The notes: generated by a model not told the origin, from the sequence alone. A DNA stretch of 64,000 bases from a virus (IMGVR_UViG_3300028920_001457:13444-77443), one strand, 5' to 3'; positions 26,657 through 36,032 are shown, counted from the first letter of the stretch. Program-made: numbers and translations.

Positions 26657-26748
26657 GGATGGCTAAACCACAGTAGGTCTAAGTGGGACGGTCTTGAAAA
26701 CCGTAGGTCGCTCAACACGGCGTGTAAGTTCGAGTCTTACGCCATCCG
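26657..26748 (+). tRNA. tRNA-Ser(TGA)
   Basis: ACGGT-CTTGAAA-ACCGT, long variable arm, G73. Confidence 0.9.
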
Positions 26749-26752
26749 CGAA

Positions 26753-26835
26753 GGGACGGCTTGGCATTAGTGAGCCTAAGAGTCTGTAAAACTCCCGCTT
26801 CGGCTGTGGTGGTGCAAATCCATCTCGTCCCACCA
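26753..26835 (+). tRNA. tRNA-Tyr(GTA)
   Basis: loop CTGTAAA, variable arm, encoded CCA. Confidence 0.88.
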
Positions 26836-26836
26836 A

Positions 26837-26919
26837 GGAGAGTAAATCATCAAGGCGATGACTACGCCCGCTAAGCGATAGGTTCTGAAAGGAATGGGAC
26901 TCGGGTTCTCTGCTCTCCG
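26837..26919 (+). tRNA. tRNA-Ser(GCT), divergent
   Basis: acceptor GGAGAGT/GCTCTCC, G73, loop CCGCTAA, variable arm; irregular T arm. Confidence 0.7.
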
Positions 26920-26924
26920 CAAAC

Positions 26925-26994
26925 AGGGATACCCATTGGAGTGGTAAGCGGTCTCCAAAACCGTGATTTGAATGTTCGACCCGTTCTATCCCTG
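26925..26994 (+). tRNA. tRNA-Trp(CCA), reduced D arm
   Basis: GCGGT-CTCCAAA-ACCGT, G73. Confidence 0.82.
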
Positions 26995-26998
26995 CTAT

Positions 26999-27075
26999 GG
27001 AGAAGTAGCTGAGTCGGTTCAAGCGTCGGACTGAAAATCCGAAGTAGATGAGTTCAATTCTCATATTCTCCACCA
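26999..27075 (+). tRNA. tRNA-Phe(GAA)
   Basis: TCGGA-CTGAAAA-TCCGA, encoded CCA. Confidence 0.92.
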
Positions 27076-27076
27076 A

Positions 27077-27143
27077 GACCCAATAAAAGCACAAAACGTG
27101 GTTTGCAAAACCATGGGGGACGGTGCGATTCCGTCTTGGGTCT
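27077..27143 (+). tRNA. tRNA-Cys(GCA), apparently lacking a D arm
   Basis: GTGGT-TTGCAAA-ACCAT, perfect acceptor and T stems, U73. Confidence 0.78.
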
Positions 27144-27181
27144 CTAATATATTTCTTACCTTTGCATAAAACAAGAATAGT

Positions 27182-29692
27182 ATGGGCAAGAAACAACCGC
27201 CAAAGGCAGAAAAGAAACTTTCCTTTGAAACAGACTTTGAGTTACAGGAAGAAACCCGCCTAAAGCTACGTCCCGAAGATATAGTAAAGATAAAAGAGGA
27301 AGCAGGCAAACTACCCGATGACTTTAATCCTTATGGGAACTATATGCCCGAAAAACTCAGATTTCTGGGCGACGAACCACCCCCAAACACCAAAAGATTT
27401 GTTGGAATAAATGTGGATGATGATGATCTGACACCGATTTATGTAAGCACACCCGCCCCCCCGCCGAAAGAATTAATAGATTATCACGACCTACCACCCA
27501 CAGAACAATATTGGCGGCGTATGGAAGTACCCAAACGACTGCATAAATTAGAAGAGAGAGCCTTCCTTGCGCTATTTGAGGTAGAAAGAAGAAACAGGCA
27601 GGAAACAGTACAGGGCTATAGGATTTATCAGAAATATTGGGAAATATTAGAAGCAGAACAGGATAAATATGCGGAAGAGATAGCATGGATAAAAAAGATG
27701 TGGTGGTACAGGACTAACGGCTATTGGTTCTATAATGATGGCGAACCCGCCTATTGTACTGGTGAATATTTTGATTATCTTAACTTTTGGTATATAAAGG
27801 ATGGTGAGACACATGTGGAATTCAGGGAAGAGGATCGGGTTATTTCTATTTTTTCACATTATCTAAGAACAACAACCGAGTCTTTCGCCAACATAAACCC
27901 CACCACGGGTAGGGCAATGAAAAATAAAGATGGCAAGTATGATATGGTGGATGTCGGTGCAAGAGTATTTTTCGGTGACATGAAACCGAAATTCAGGAGG
28001 TGTGGGGAAACGCAATGGGCGTGTCACGGGATATGGCTTGGTGCGAGTACGACACCCGCCGCTTATGGTACTATCATATCCATGGATGGTGAAAACGCAC
28101 AAAAGCACTATTACAAAAAGCTAATACCCGCATGGAATAAATATCCTATGTTTCTCAAGCCAATATGGATGGGTACGAAACGTCCCACAAATATTAAGTT
28201 GATAGAACCACCCAATGTATTTAATCCCAATATGGAGGGATTGGGTTCTAATATTGATTATACAGAAAGCTCCGGGGTGTCGAAGAATGATGGTGATACA
28301 TTACATTTTTGTCTCTCAGACGAGGAGGGAAAAAGTAAGTCACCTATAGCCGAAAGGTGGAGTGTAAATAAGATAGCTATGTCAACGGGTGGTGGGTCTA
28401 ACATCCTTAATAACGCTTATGCGTGGCATCCGAGTACCGTTGAGGATATTGGTGACGGTGCGCCAGAGTATTTTAAAATGTGGCAACTATCTAATTTTTA
28501 TGAAAGGATACCCATACTTGGGCAGACACACTCGGGGTTGGCAAGGATTTTCATTCCCGCATATAAGAAACTCGAGGGTTTTATTGACAGGTGGGGTAAG
28601 TCGGTATCGGATACACCAACGAAACGACAGATAAAATACAGTCCACGAGCCAAATTTGCACTCACGGGCAAGGGTGCAAGGGAAACACTACAGGCAGTTC
28701 TTGATTCCTTGTTAGCCAAGGGGACACCCGAGGCACTTGAGGCATACAGGTCAAGGCGCAGAAAGTTCCCGATGAAGTCGGCAGATGCATGGTTGGGGAG
28801 TTCGGGTAATGTGGGTTTCAACCTTGAGATAATAGACAAGCGTATAGAGGAACTCAATAGGATAAAGTCTTTTGGCAAGATGAATTATAAAACCGGGTAT
28901 TTTTACAGGGAAAACAATCATCCACAGGGCGATGTGTTGTGGCGTACAGACCTCGACAACCCCAAGTTTATCATGTCCAAGGACTTACCACAGGAATTAA
29001 CCAACAGAAGGAGTGTGGTCGACTTTTACGATGGTCTCAGGCAACAGTGGAAGAAATCATGGACACCAGTAGACGGATATAAATTCACCCTTGGGGTGGA
29101 TATGTTCAGAAATCTATCGCCCGTAGAGGCAAAACAGGCATCTAAATTTGGGGGATTTACCAATAACTCCCGCCAGAGTAATGGTGGTATAGCTATTCTA
29201 TGGGAATATGATTCAGAATATCCCGATAGTGGCAGGTGTGTATTGTCGTATAATTATCGTCCATCGACACAAAAAGAGTTTATGGATGATGTTCTTATGG
29301 CGGCACAGTATTTCGGGGCAATGATATATCCCGAACAAAACGTAGAGCGGTTTATTGAGTATATGTTTGATGAGGGCTATGGCGGGTATGGGCTTTATGA
29401 TATTGATTTGGTAACTGGTAATATAAAGAAACTACCAGGGCGATATACTACAAAAGAAAGCCTGCAAGAGATGTTCAGGGAATATAAGGACTATATAGAA
29501 CGTAAGGGTGCGGAAGAAGAACACGATGATTTGCTAATGCAGATGAAAAACATACGTGGGGTAGAAGATGCTACACGTAATGACCTTTTCGTTGCTTTCG
29601 GTATGTGTCTTCTTGGAAGTAAGTCCCGTGTCAGGGAAATTATAAAGCGTGAAGACTTTGGTGAGGCAATAGCAATAGACGATATTTTTTAA
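27182..29692 (+). CDS. terL: terminase large subunit (crAss-like type)
   Basis: KFRRCGET Walker-A variant, LSDEEGK Walker B, LGVD nuclease motif, RND near the C-terminus; directly upstream of portal. Confidence 0.88.
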   Translation: MGKKQPPKAEKKLSFETDFELQEETRLKLRPEDIVKIKEEAGKLPDDFNPYGNYMPEKLRFLGDEPPPNTKRFVGINVDDDDLTPIYVSTPAPPPKELIDYHDLPPTEQYWRRMEVPKRLHKLEERAFLALFEVERRNRQETVQGYRIYQKYWEILEAEQDKYAEEIAWIKKMWWYRTNGYWFYNDGEPAYCTGEYFDYLNFWYIKDGETHVEFREEDRVISIFSHYLRTTTESFANINPTTGRAMKNKDGKYDMVDVGARVFFGDMKPKFRRCGETQWACHGIWLGASTTPAAYGTIISMDGENAQKHYYKKLIPAWNKYPMFLKPIWMGTKRPTNIKLIEPPNVFNPNMEGLGSNIDYTESSGVSKNDGDTLHFCLSDEEGKSKSPIAERWSVNKIAMSTGGGSNILNNAYAWHPSTVEDIGDGAPEYFKMWQLSNFYERIPILGQTHSGLARIFIPAYKKLEGFIDRWGKSVSDTPTKRQIKYSPRAKFALTGKGARETLQAVLDSLLAKGTPEALEAYRSRRRKFPMKSADAWLGSSGNVGFNLEIIDKRIEELNRIKSFGKMNYKTGYFYRENNHPQGDVLWRTDLDNPKFIMSKDLPQELTNRRSVVDFYDGLRQQWKKSWTPVDGYKFTLGVDMFRNLSPVEAKQASKFGGFTNNSRQSNGGIAILWEYDSEYPDSGRCVLSYNYRPSTQKEFMDDVLMAAQYFGAMIYPEQNVERFIEYMFDEGYGGYGLYDIDLVTGNIKKLPGRYTTKESLQEMFREYKDYIERKGAEEEHDDLLMQMKNIRGVEDATRNDLFVAFGMCLLGSKSRVREIIKREDFGEAIAIDDIF

Positions 29693-29723
29693 ATTAGTAA
29701 CTTTGCATCAAATTTAGTTACGA

Positions 29724-32075
29724 ATGAATCTTGCACAGAAGAATTATGTTGAGGGTGAGTATAGTTTCCCCCGACAAGACATAAATCCGAAAGAGAAAGA
29801 CGAATCCTACCATAGACGTAATACCGAAGCTATATATTCCCTATTTTGTAAAGGAAAAACAGCCTGGGGTGTCAATGCCTATGATTACTTTCAGACATTA
29901 AGGGATTACTCATGCGGCAATCAGTCTACAGACCGCTATAAATCATGGTTATTATCAGACCAGTCCGAGGGTGCTACAGAGACAGTGGCGACGGATTCTT
30001 TTGATAGCATACCCCTGTCGAGGGTCAGCAAAAAAGAGGGATGGTATGCCATGATGTGGCAGAACATAAGTCCTGCGCCGACGATACTTGAAGCCCTGCA
30101 TGGGCAATTTGATAAGTTAGATCACGACCTGTATGTTAATGCCATTGATTCCAACTCCAAAGACATAGAAGAAAATGAGGCGTTCCTTAAATATTTTGAA
30201 GGGAAGAACCTTGCATGGCAGACAGAGTATAAGCAAAAGGCGGGCATACCTATAGACGAAGAGGTTTATTATCCCAAGTCACAACAGGAATTTGAGATGT
30301 TTAAGGCTCAAGACGGCTTTAAACTTGGTGTGGCACGCAGTATGCAAAAACTACTTCGTTATTCCTTTGGTGTAAGTAAGTGGGATACGGTGGCACGCAA
30401 GAAGGTGATAGATGATATTATATGTCTGCGTTATGGTGCTTTGAGAGATTATTATGATAGTGAGGATCATAAGTTCAAGACCAAGTGGGCAGACCCCGCA
30501 AGGACGGTAATACAATTTTCCAATGAATCCGACTATAGTGATAGTGAATATGGCGGGTATTTTGAATTCTGGACTATATCCAACCTAAAGAGGAAAAGAC
30601 CCGATGTGGATGAAAGTAAATGGAAGGCTCTTGCACGCTCATCGAATGCCATGGGATTTCTTGATAACCCACGCACATGGAACGACAAATACAGCGCATT
30701 AGACCCATCTACACATCTATATGGCTATGATAGCTTCAAAGTACCAGTATTCTGGGGTGTGTGGATAGATATGGATGCACAGAAAAGACAGTATTATACG
30801 TCTTATGGACGTAGGCTTGTGCGGGATTTGGAATATGACGAAGAAGGCAAAAACACCGAAAACAAAGAAGTAAAGACAGTCCATATAAGAAAGGTAAGGG
30901 AATGTTATTGGGTGATAGGCACAGAGATAACTTTTGATTCAGGTGTTGTTAAGATGGCATCCCGCAAGGGATATAGCAAACCGCAACTACCCATACATGT
31001 AGAACAGCTATTACAGCCTTCGATAGTAGAAAGGCTTATCCCTATCTTAGATCAGATAGAACTGACATTCTTACGATACCAGAACTCTCTTGCACAGATG
31101 GTAGAAAACGGTTATGCCCTGAACACCTCTATGCTTGGTAATGTGACCTATGGCGGGAAGAAACTAAAACCCGCAGAGGTGGTTAAGTTATTCAGGCAGA
31201 CAGGATTCCTGTTGTATCAGTATGCGGCAGGAACAGGGTTATATACAGGTGGTGTAGCCACACCCATCACAGAGATAGAGGGGGGTATGAAGAAACGTGT
31301 CGAAGAGACATTACAGACTTTAGATATGTGGTTTGGCGTTATAAAGTCCATGACGGGGATAGATGTTGTCGCATTGGCGACGACCCCCGTAGCCACAGAC
31401 CCCAAAGAGCTACCGGCAGGACAGGTGCAGATAACACAAAACGTGCTAAAGACTATCATGTACGCTACCTCTGAATTAAAGCAGAGTGTGGGTGAGTGTA
31501 TGATGCGCAGGATACAGACGGGCATAAGAACGAACAAATCTATACGCAAGGCTTATGCGGGTGTTATAAGTAATGCCGACATGGAGGCTATTGTGAGGAT
31601 GGAAGCCGAGGGTACGCAGTATGGGCTGACACTCAAACCGAAACCCGACAAGATAGCCAAGGCAAGGTTCGAGAAATGGATTGACATAGCCCTACAAAAC
31701 ACGAGAGAACAGCGTCCGGGCATAGACCTTAATGATGCTATATACTTCATGTCACAACTTGAGAACGGTGCTGACCTGACCGAATTAGAGAAACAGCTTG
31801 AATATGCTATTGAGAAGAATAAGCAAGAGGCACAGGCTAATTCTGAAAGGATGATGCAGGTACAGGCAGAGGAAAACCGCAAGAGTGAGGAACAAAAACA
31901 GCAAGGCGAACTTGCTAATATAAAAGCAGAGGCAGAAGTTAAGCTACAGGAAGAACTTGTACGGGGACAGATTAAAGATAGAGAGTCGAACAAAGAGATA
32001 GCGGCAGACCTTTATAAGTCATTAAGGGAGGAAGCTGCGGCTGAAGAAGGCGTTAATATTAGCGGAGGACGATAA
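29724..32075 (+). CDS. portal protein
   Basis: 783 aa after TerL, C-terminal Q/E-rich coiled coil; podovirus gene order. Confidence 0.85.
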   Translation: MNLAQKNYVEGEYSFPRQDINPKEKDESYHRRNTEAIYSLFCKGKTAWGVNAYDYFQTLRDYSCGNQSTDRYKSWLLSDQSEGATETVATDSFDSIPLSRVSKKEGWYAMMWQNISPAPTILEALHGQFDKLDHDLYVNAIDSNSKDIEENEAFLKYFEGKNLAWQTEYKQKAGIPIDEEVYYPKSQQEFEMFKAQDGFKLGVARSMQKLLRYSFGVSKWDTVARKKVIDDIICLRYGALRDYYDSEDHKFKTKWADPARTVIQFSNESDYSDSEYGGYFEFWTISNLKRKRPDVDESKWKALARSSNAMGFLDNPRTWNDKYSALDPSTHLYGYDSFKVPVFWGVWIDMDAQKRQYYTSYGRRLVRDLEYDEEGKNTENKEVKTVHIRKVRECYWVIGTEITFDSGVVKMASRKGYSKPQLPIHVEQLLQPSIVERLIPILDQIELTFLRYQNSLAQMVENGYALNTSMLGNVTYGGKKLKPAEVVKLFRQTGFLLYQYAAGTGLYTGGVATPITEIEGGMKKRVEETLQTLDMWFGVIKSMTGIDVVALATTPVATDPKELPAGQVQITQNVLKTIMYATSELKQSVGECMMRRIQTGIRTNKSIRKAYAGVISNADMEAIVRMEAEGTQYGLTLKPKPDKIAKARFEKWIDIALQNTREQRPGIDLNDAIYFMSQLENGADLTELEKQLEYAIEKNKQEAQANSERMMQVQAEENRKSEEQKQQGELANIKAEAEVKLQEELVRGQIKDRESNKEIAADLYKSLREEAAAEEGVNISGGR

Positions 32076-32077
32076 TC

Positions 32078-32323
32078 ATGGCAACAGGAAGAGATAAATT
32101 AAGAATATTTGAAAATGTAGTGGCGAGAGTAGGGTTTAGTGGTGATGTCGTAGGTGAGTTTGCCAAGGCACTATCAGCACTGAATGGTATACAGGCGTAT
32201 AATGATGCAATTGAGCCAACTATGAGCCAACTGCCCCCACAGGGACAAAACTTACCACCAGAACAGTCAAATAATACGGGTTTCATGTCCCCCGCTAATG
32301 AAATGGGGCAAAATATCGTCTAA
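32078..32323 (+). CDS. hypothetical protein
   Basis: starts 2 nt after the portal stop. Confidence 0.65.
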   Translation: MATGRDKLRIFENVVARVGFSGDVVGEFAKALSALNGIQAYNDAIEPTMSQLPPQGQNLPPEQSNNTGFMSPANEMGQNIV

Positions 32324-32418
32324 ACGGTAAAATAATCAGGGAATTTAGTACATAAAAATAGTATTAAAAATATTATTACTAATTTTGCAAACGAAAAACA
32401 AGATAAAAAACAGAAACC

Positions 32419-33621
32419 ATGGCAGATTTTCCAAACATGAGTCAATCGCCGCCAGAAGAAACCCAACAGGCGGAAACAACTACGGAAGAGGTTAAGGAAC
32501 AGAGTCAGGGACAGACCACACAGACCGAAGCCTCTACCGAAACAACAACAGAAGAAAAGCCACAAAGCGAGGCTACAGAAGAAAGGATTTTGGGACAGAC
32601 GACTACCGAAGGAACGGAACAGTCAGAGCAACCCGCAGAGACAGAAGGAGGACCCGCCGAAGTGGATAAGTTCATTGAAACTTTTAATAAGCGTTTTAAC
32701 ACTACTTATGAAAATGAGGACGCAATTAAGGACTTATTTGACCGATCAGGGAAGGTTGGTGAATATGAGGAAAAATTGAAAGAATTTGATAGCCTCAAAA
32801 GCAGTGTTGATACGTATAAAGAACAACTGGAAGAAGTACGAGCCAACGGGTTATCAGACCTTATGGGCAAACCCCTTATTCGTGGTGCGTATATTGCAGA
32901 CCAGCTTCTTGCCAAATATCCCGACAAAGACCCATTCATACTACAGGAAGTAGCCATGCTGGACTTAAACAAAATGACGGACTTAGAGGTATTGGCGAGA
33001 GAAGCAAAGATTAATAATCCGAACCTAAACCTTGAGGATATAAAACAGGTTATCCTGGATGATATAAAACCTGAAACACCCGTAGAGGATTGGACAAGTA
33101 CGGACAAGACAAAACTTGCTGTCAGGGCTGGTAATGCAAGGGCAAATCTTAAAAGCCTGTTACAGGGCATAGATGTACCAAAGACCGTCACGAAAGAGGA
33201 AAGAGAGGCTGCTGCACAACAGGCTTTAGAGGACAAGAAAAAAGCCGCACAGCCCTTCAAAGAGGTTTTCACAAAGTTTGATACCTACGAAAACGAAGAT
33301 TTTTCTTTTACTGTGCCTGATGAATACAAGAACGGATTGGGGCAAACATTCGACGATGTGTTTATTGAGGCCGGCGTTGAGATAAACAAGGACAATATAG
33401 GTCTATTGGAAGCCTTTAAAAGAGGTTTGTTTTTAGATGAGTATTTTCCACAAATAAAAGCGGTGATAGAGAAACAAGCCAAAGCATCTGTACAGGAAAA
33501 GACAGATGAAGAGCTTGATAACACAGAGCCGCCCAATACAGCGACAGCGGCAGAACAGCCGACGACAGAAGAAAAACTACCGGGAATAGGCGACTTCTTT
33601 CAAACAAATAAAAGAAGATAA
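32419..33621 (+). CDS. putative scaffolding protein
   Basis: acidic, disordered N-terminus, between portal and capsid. Confidence 0.7.
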   Translation: MADFPNMSQSPPEETQQAETTTEEVKEQSQGQTTQTEASTETTTEEKPQSEATEERILGQTTTEGTEQSEQPAETEGGPAEVDKFIETFNKRFNTTYENEDAIKDLFDRSGKVGEYEEKLKEFDSLKSSVDTYKEQLEEVRANGLSDLMGKPLIRGAYIADQLLAKYPDKDPFILQEVAMLDLNKMTDLEVLAREAKINNPNLNLEDIKQVILDDIKPETPVEDWTSTDKTKLAVRAGNARANLKSLLQGIDVPKTVTKEEREAAAQQALEDKKKAAQPFKEVFTKFDTYENEDFSFTVPDEYKNGLGQTFDDVFIEAGVEINKDNIGLLEAFKRGLFLDEYFPQIKAVIEKQAKASVQEKTDEELDNTEPPNTATAAEQPTTEEKLPGIGDFFQTNKRR

Positions 33622-33644
33622 TAAAACCTAAACTTTTACAATAA

Positions 33645-35099
33645 ATGTCAACAACCACACTAGGAACAATTAGTTCCAACACAAAGAACGTGCGTTATGG
33701 ATATCAATTTGATTCTATCTATAACACCATGCTCAAACCCCAAATCTATGGGGACTATTTAAGATACTACGGCAAGGGCGTGGGTCTGTTGGAGTTTCTG
33801 TATATAAACGGACAGACAACCAACATAAAAGGTAATACGACCACTTATTGGGCTGAAGGCTCACTCACAAAACTTGTCGAGATTGAAGGTGCTATTGCTA
33901 TAGCCGCCGAAGGTGCTGATATAACATTTGCGCTTGCCGCAGGTGAATATGATGCCAACGGTAACTGCTATCTTAATACCAACGATATAATTGTCATTCC
34001 CGCATATTACATTGAAGAACCCACGGGTACTCAATCCATTATGCCTGCCGAATATCAGATAACAGGGAATGACGGTGCGGCTGCACCAGCAACCGTATAT
34101 ACAGCAAGACCCAAACTTGTCACCACACATCTCAATATAGCTGTTCCTGACGGAACAAAGCTGATGGTAACTGGTGGAAACTACTCACTTGAGTCAGCAG
34201 GTGGTGGCGTTAGGTCTTCGGGATGGTACTCAGATACCTTTGTCAACTCAATCAAAAAAGCTGATTGGGGTATCGGCCGGGGTACACAGAGTAACGAGAG
34301 ATACTACGAAACATTGCGTGGTGGCGGAACAGGTATTCTTACCAAGAACACCATGGAAGCCGACTATTGGCTTGACAAGTACATCAACGATGAGATATGG
34401 CTGTCACAGGGTCTCACCAATACCCTTAACATGAATAACCGTAATGGTGTTGCCATACCAGCAACAGCCACGGTAGGCGTGCTAAAGCACTTGGTAGACT
34501 CAGCTATGAAGCAGTATTACACTGCCGCATATCAGCTAACAGACTTTGACGACCTCAAAGACCTGCTTATGTCTCAGGGTATCACAGAAAGAAACCTTGC
34601 CTTCTTTATGGGTTCAAATCTCTACCAACAGATAGAAAACACAGGACTTGATACTATCAAGGAATTCTCTGGCGGGACAGACCTTATGAGAAAGCTCGAT
34701 GAGATACATGTAGCCTTCAAAGCTATCAACAAGAACGGTGTCTACACAATATTTAAAGAACTGCCGTCCTTGAGTGATCCAACTGCTTACGGTGCAACAG
34801 CCTTCAATGATTACTTCAAAGACTTAGGATTTATACTTCCTGATGTCGATGTAACGGTTATGAGAGGTGACTTTGAAGCCGCAGGTGCCTTCAAAATTAA
34901 GAACCTGACACTGGGCTTCAAAAACTACAATGGCGAGAACCGTACAAGGGTAGTTAAAGACATACCGAGTATGGCAGGACAGGGTAGCATCGCAGTCGAT
35001 AATTATGATGATAGCCGCGGATCAATGCTTAGCGAATTCAGTGTCCAGTTCGTGCTTCCGAACCAGGCAATACTTGTCTTAAACGACAATATCTTATAA
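33645..35099 (+). CDS. major capsid protein
   Basis: 484 aa, position after the scaffold, TVGVLKHL segment, followed by a terminator. Confidence 0.82.
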   Translation: MSTTTLGTISSNTKNVRYGYQFDSIYNTMLKPQIYGDYLRYYGKGVGLLEFLYINGQTTNIKGNTTTYWAEGSLTKLVEIEGAIAIAAEGADITFALAAGEYDANGNCYLNTNDIIVIPAYYIEEPTGTQSIMPAEYQITGNDGAAAPATVYTARPKLVTTHLNIAVPDGTKLMVTGGNYSLESAGGGVRSSGWYSDTFVNSIKKADWGIGRGTQSNERYYETLRGGGTGILTKNTMEADYWLDKYINDEIWLSQGLTNTLNMNNRNGVAIPATATVGVLKHLVDSAMKQYYTAAYQLTDFDDLKDLLMSQGITERNLAFFMGSNLYQQIENTGLDTIKEFSGGTDLMRKLDEIHVAFKAINKNGVYTIFKELPSLSDPTAYGATAFNDYFKDLGFILPDVDVTVMRGDFEAAGAFKIKNLTLGFKNYNGENRTRVVKDIPSMAGQGSIAVDNYDDSRGSMLSEFSVQFVLPNQAILVLNDNIL

Positions 35100-35120
35100 T
35101 TCAGATTTACAGATGATTAT

Positions 35121-35149
35121 AGAGAGGGTGCGAGAGTTCCCTCTTTTTT
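35121..35149 (+). terminator. intrinsic terminator after the capsid gene
   Basis: AGAGAGGG...CCCTCTTT plus T run. Confidence 0.75.
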
Positions 35150-35282
35150 ATTTGTATATTTGAAAAATTCATTTTATCTTCGTACCTTTGTGGTCAGATA
35201 GTCGGGGGTGGCCTCCCGATGAAAGTGGAAACCCGAACTCCATTTCTGGCCTTTTTGTTCGGGATAATTAAACAAACGGGTT

Positions 35283-36032
35283 ATGGAAACTAAAATTTGT
35301 ATAAGGTGCAAGAGAAATTTATCTGTAAATGATTTTCATAAAAACAAAAACACCAAAGATGGTTATCAGGGATATTGTAAGGAATGCCGAGTGGAAATGC
35401 GTAATGCTGAATTAGGTGAACAAAGAAAATTATTAAAGAGAGGACTGAGAATGTGTAGGAGATGTGGGGAAATAAAAAAACTCACGGAATTTGTAAAAAA
35501 CAAAGAATGTACTCTTGGTTATAGTTATACTTGTCTAGCATGCAGTAGGGCAGATTGGGTTAAATACAGAAGAAAGCAAAGTTATAAAGAATATTATAGG
35601 AACTATCATATTGAATATAATAAAAAAAACAGAGCAATCCTAAGTGAGAAGGCGGTAAAATATTATCAAAACAGGTATTATGATGATTTGAATTATAGAA
35701 TAAGGCTTTTATTAAAGGGTAGGCTTAACCATGCACTTTATGGAAACAACAAAAATTCCAAAAGTAAATTTTTGGATATATTAGGATGTAGTATAGAGGA
35801 TTTAAAATCATATATAGAAAAGCAATGGAAAGACGGTATGTCTTGGGACAATTGGCGACATGATGGTTGGCATATAGATCATATTAAACCATGTGCGAGT
35901 TTTGATTTAACCGATTATAAACAACAAAAAGAATGTTTTCATTATACAAATCTACGTCCAATGTGGGCACGGGATAATTTTTTGAAGAGTAGTATTTATA
36001 ATGGCGTGCATCATAGAAAAAAGAATAATTAA
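35283..36032 (+). CDS. HNH homing endonuclease with zinc fingers
   Basis: CIRC/CKEC fingers; LGCS..DLKSYIEKQ..DGMSWDN...WHIDHIKPCASFDL...CFHYTNLRPMWA.DN. Confidence 0.88.
   Translation: METKICIRCKRNLSVNDFHKNKNTKDGYQGYCKECRVEMRNAELGEQRKLLKRGLRMCRRCGEIKKLTEFVKNKECTLGYSYTCLACSRADWVKYRRKQSYKEYYRNYHIEYNKKNRAILSEKAVKYYQNRYYDDLNYRIRLLLKGRLNHALYGNNKNSKSKFLDILGCSIEDLKSYIEKQWKDGMSWDNWRHDGWHIDHIKPCASFDLTDYKQQKECFHYTNLRPMWARDNFLKSSIYNGVHHRKKNN

Noticed and set aside
24988-27309. ORF-track entries across the tRNA array (24988+, 25623-, 25666+, 25980-, 26663-, 26776-, 27061-)
   Set aside because: They are shadows of GC-richer tRNA genes with no protein motifs.
20680-35263. Hammerhead ribozyme identity for the two junction leaders
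   Set aside because: The CUGANGA core is absent.
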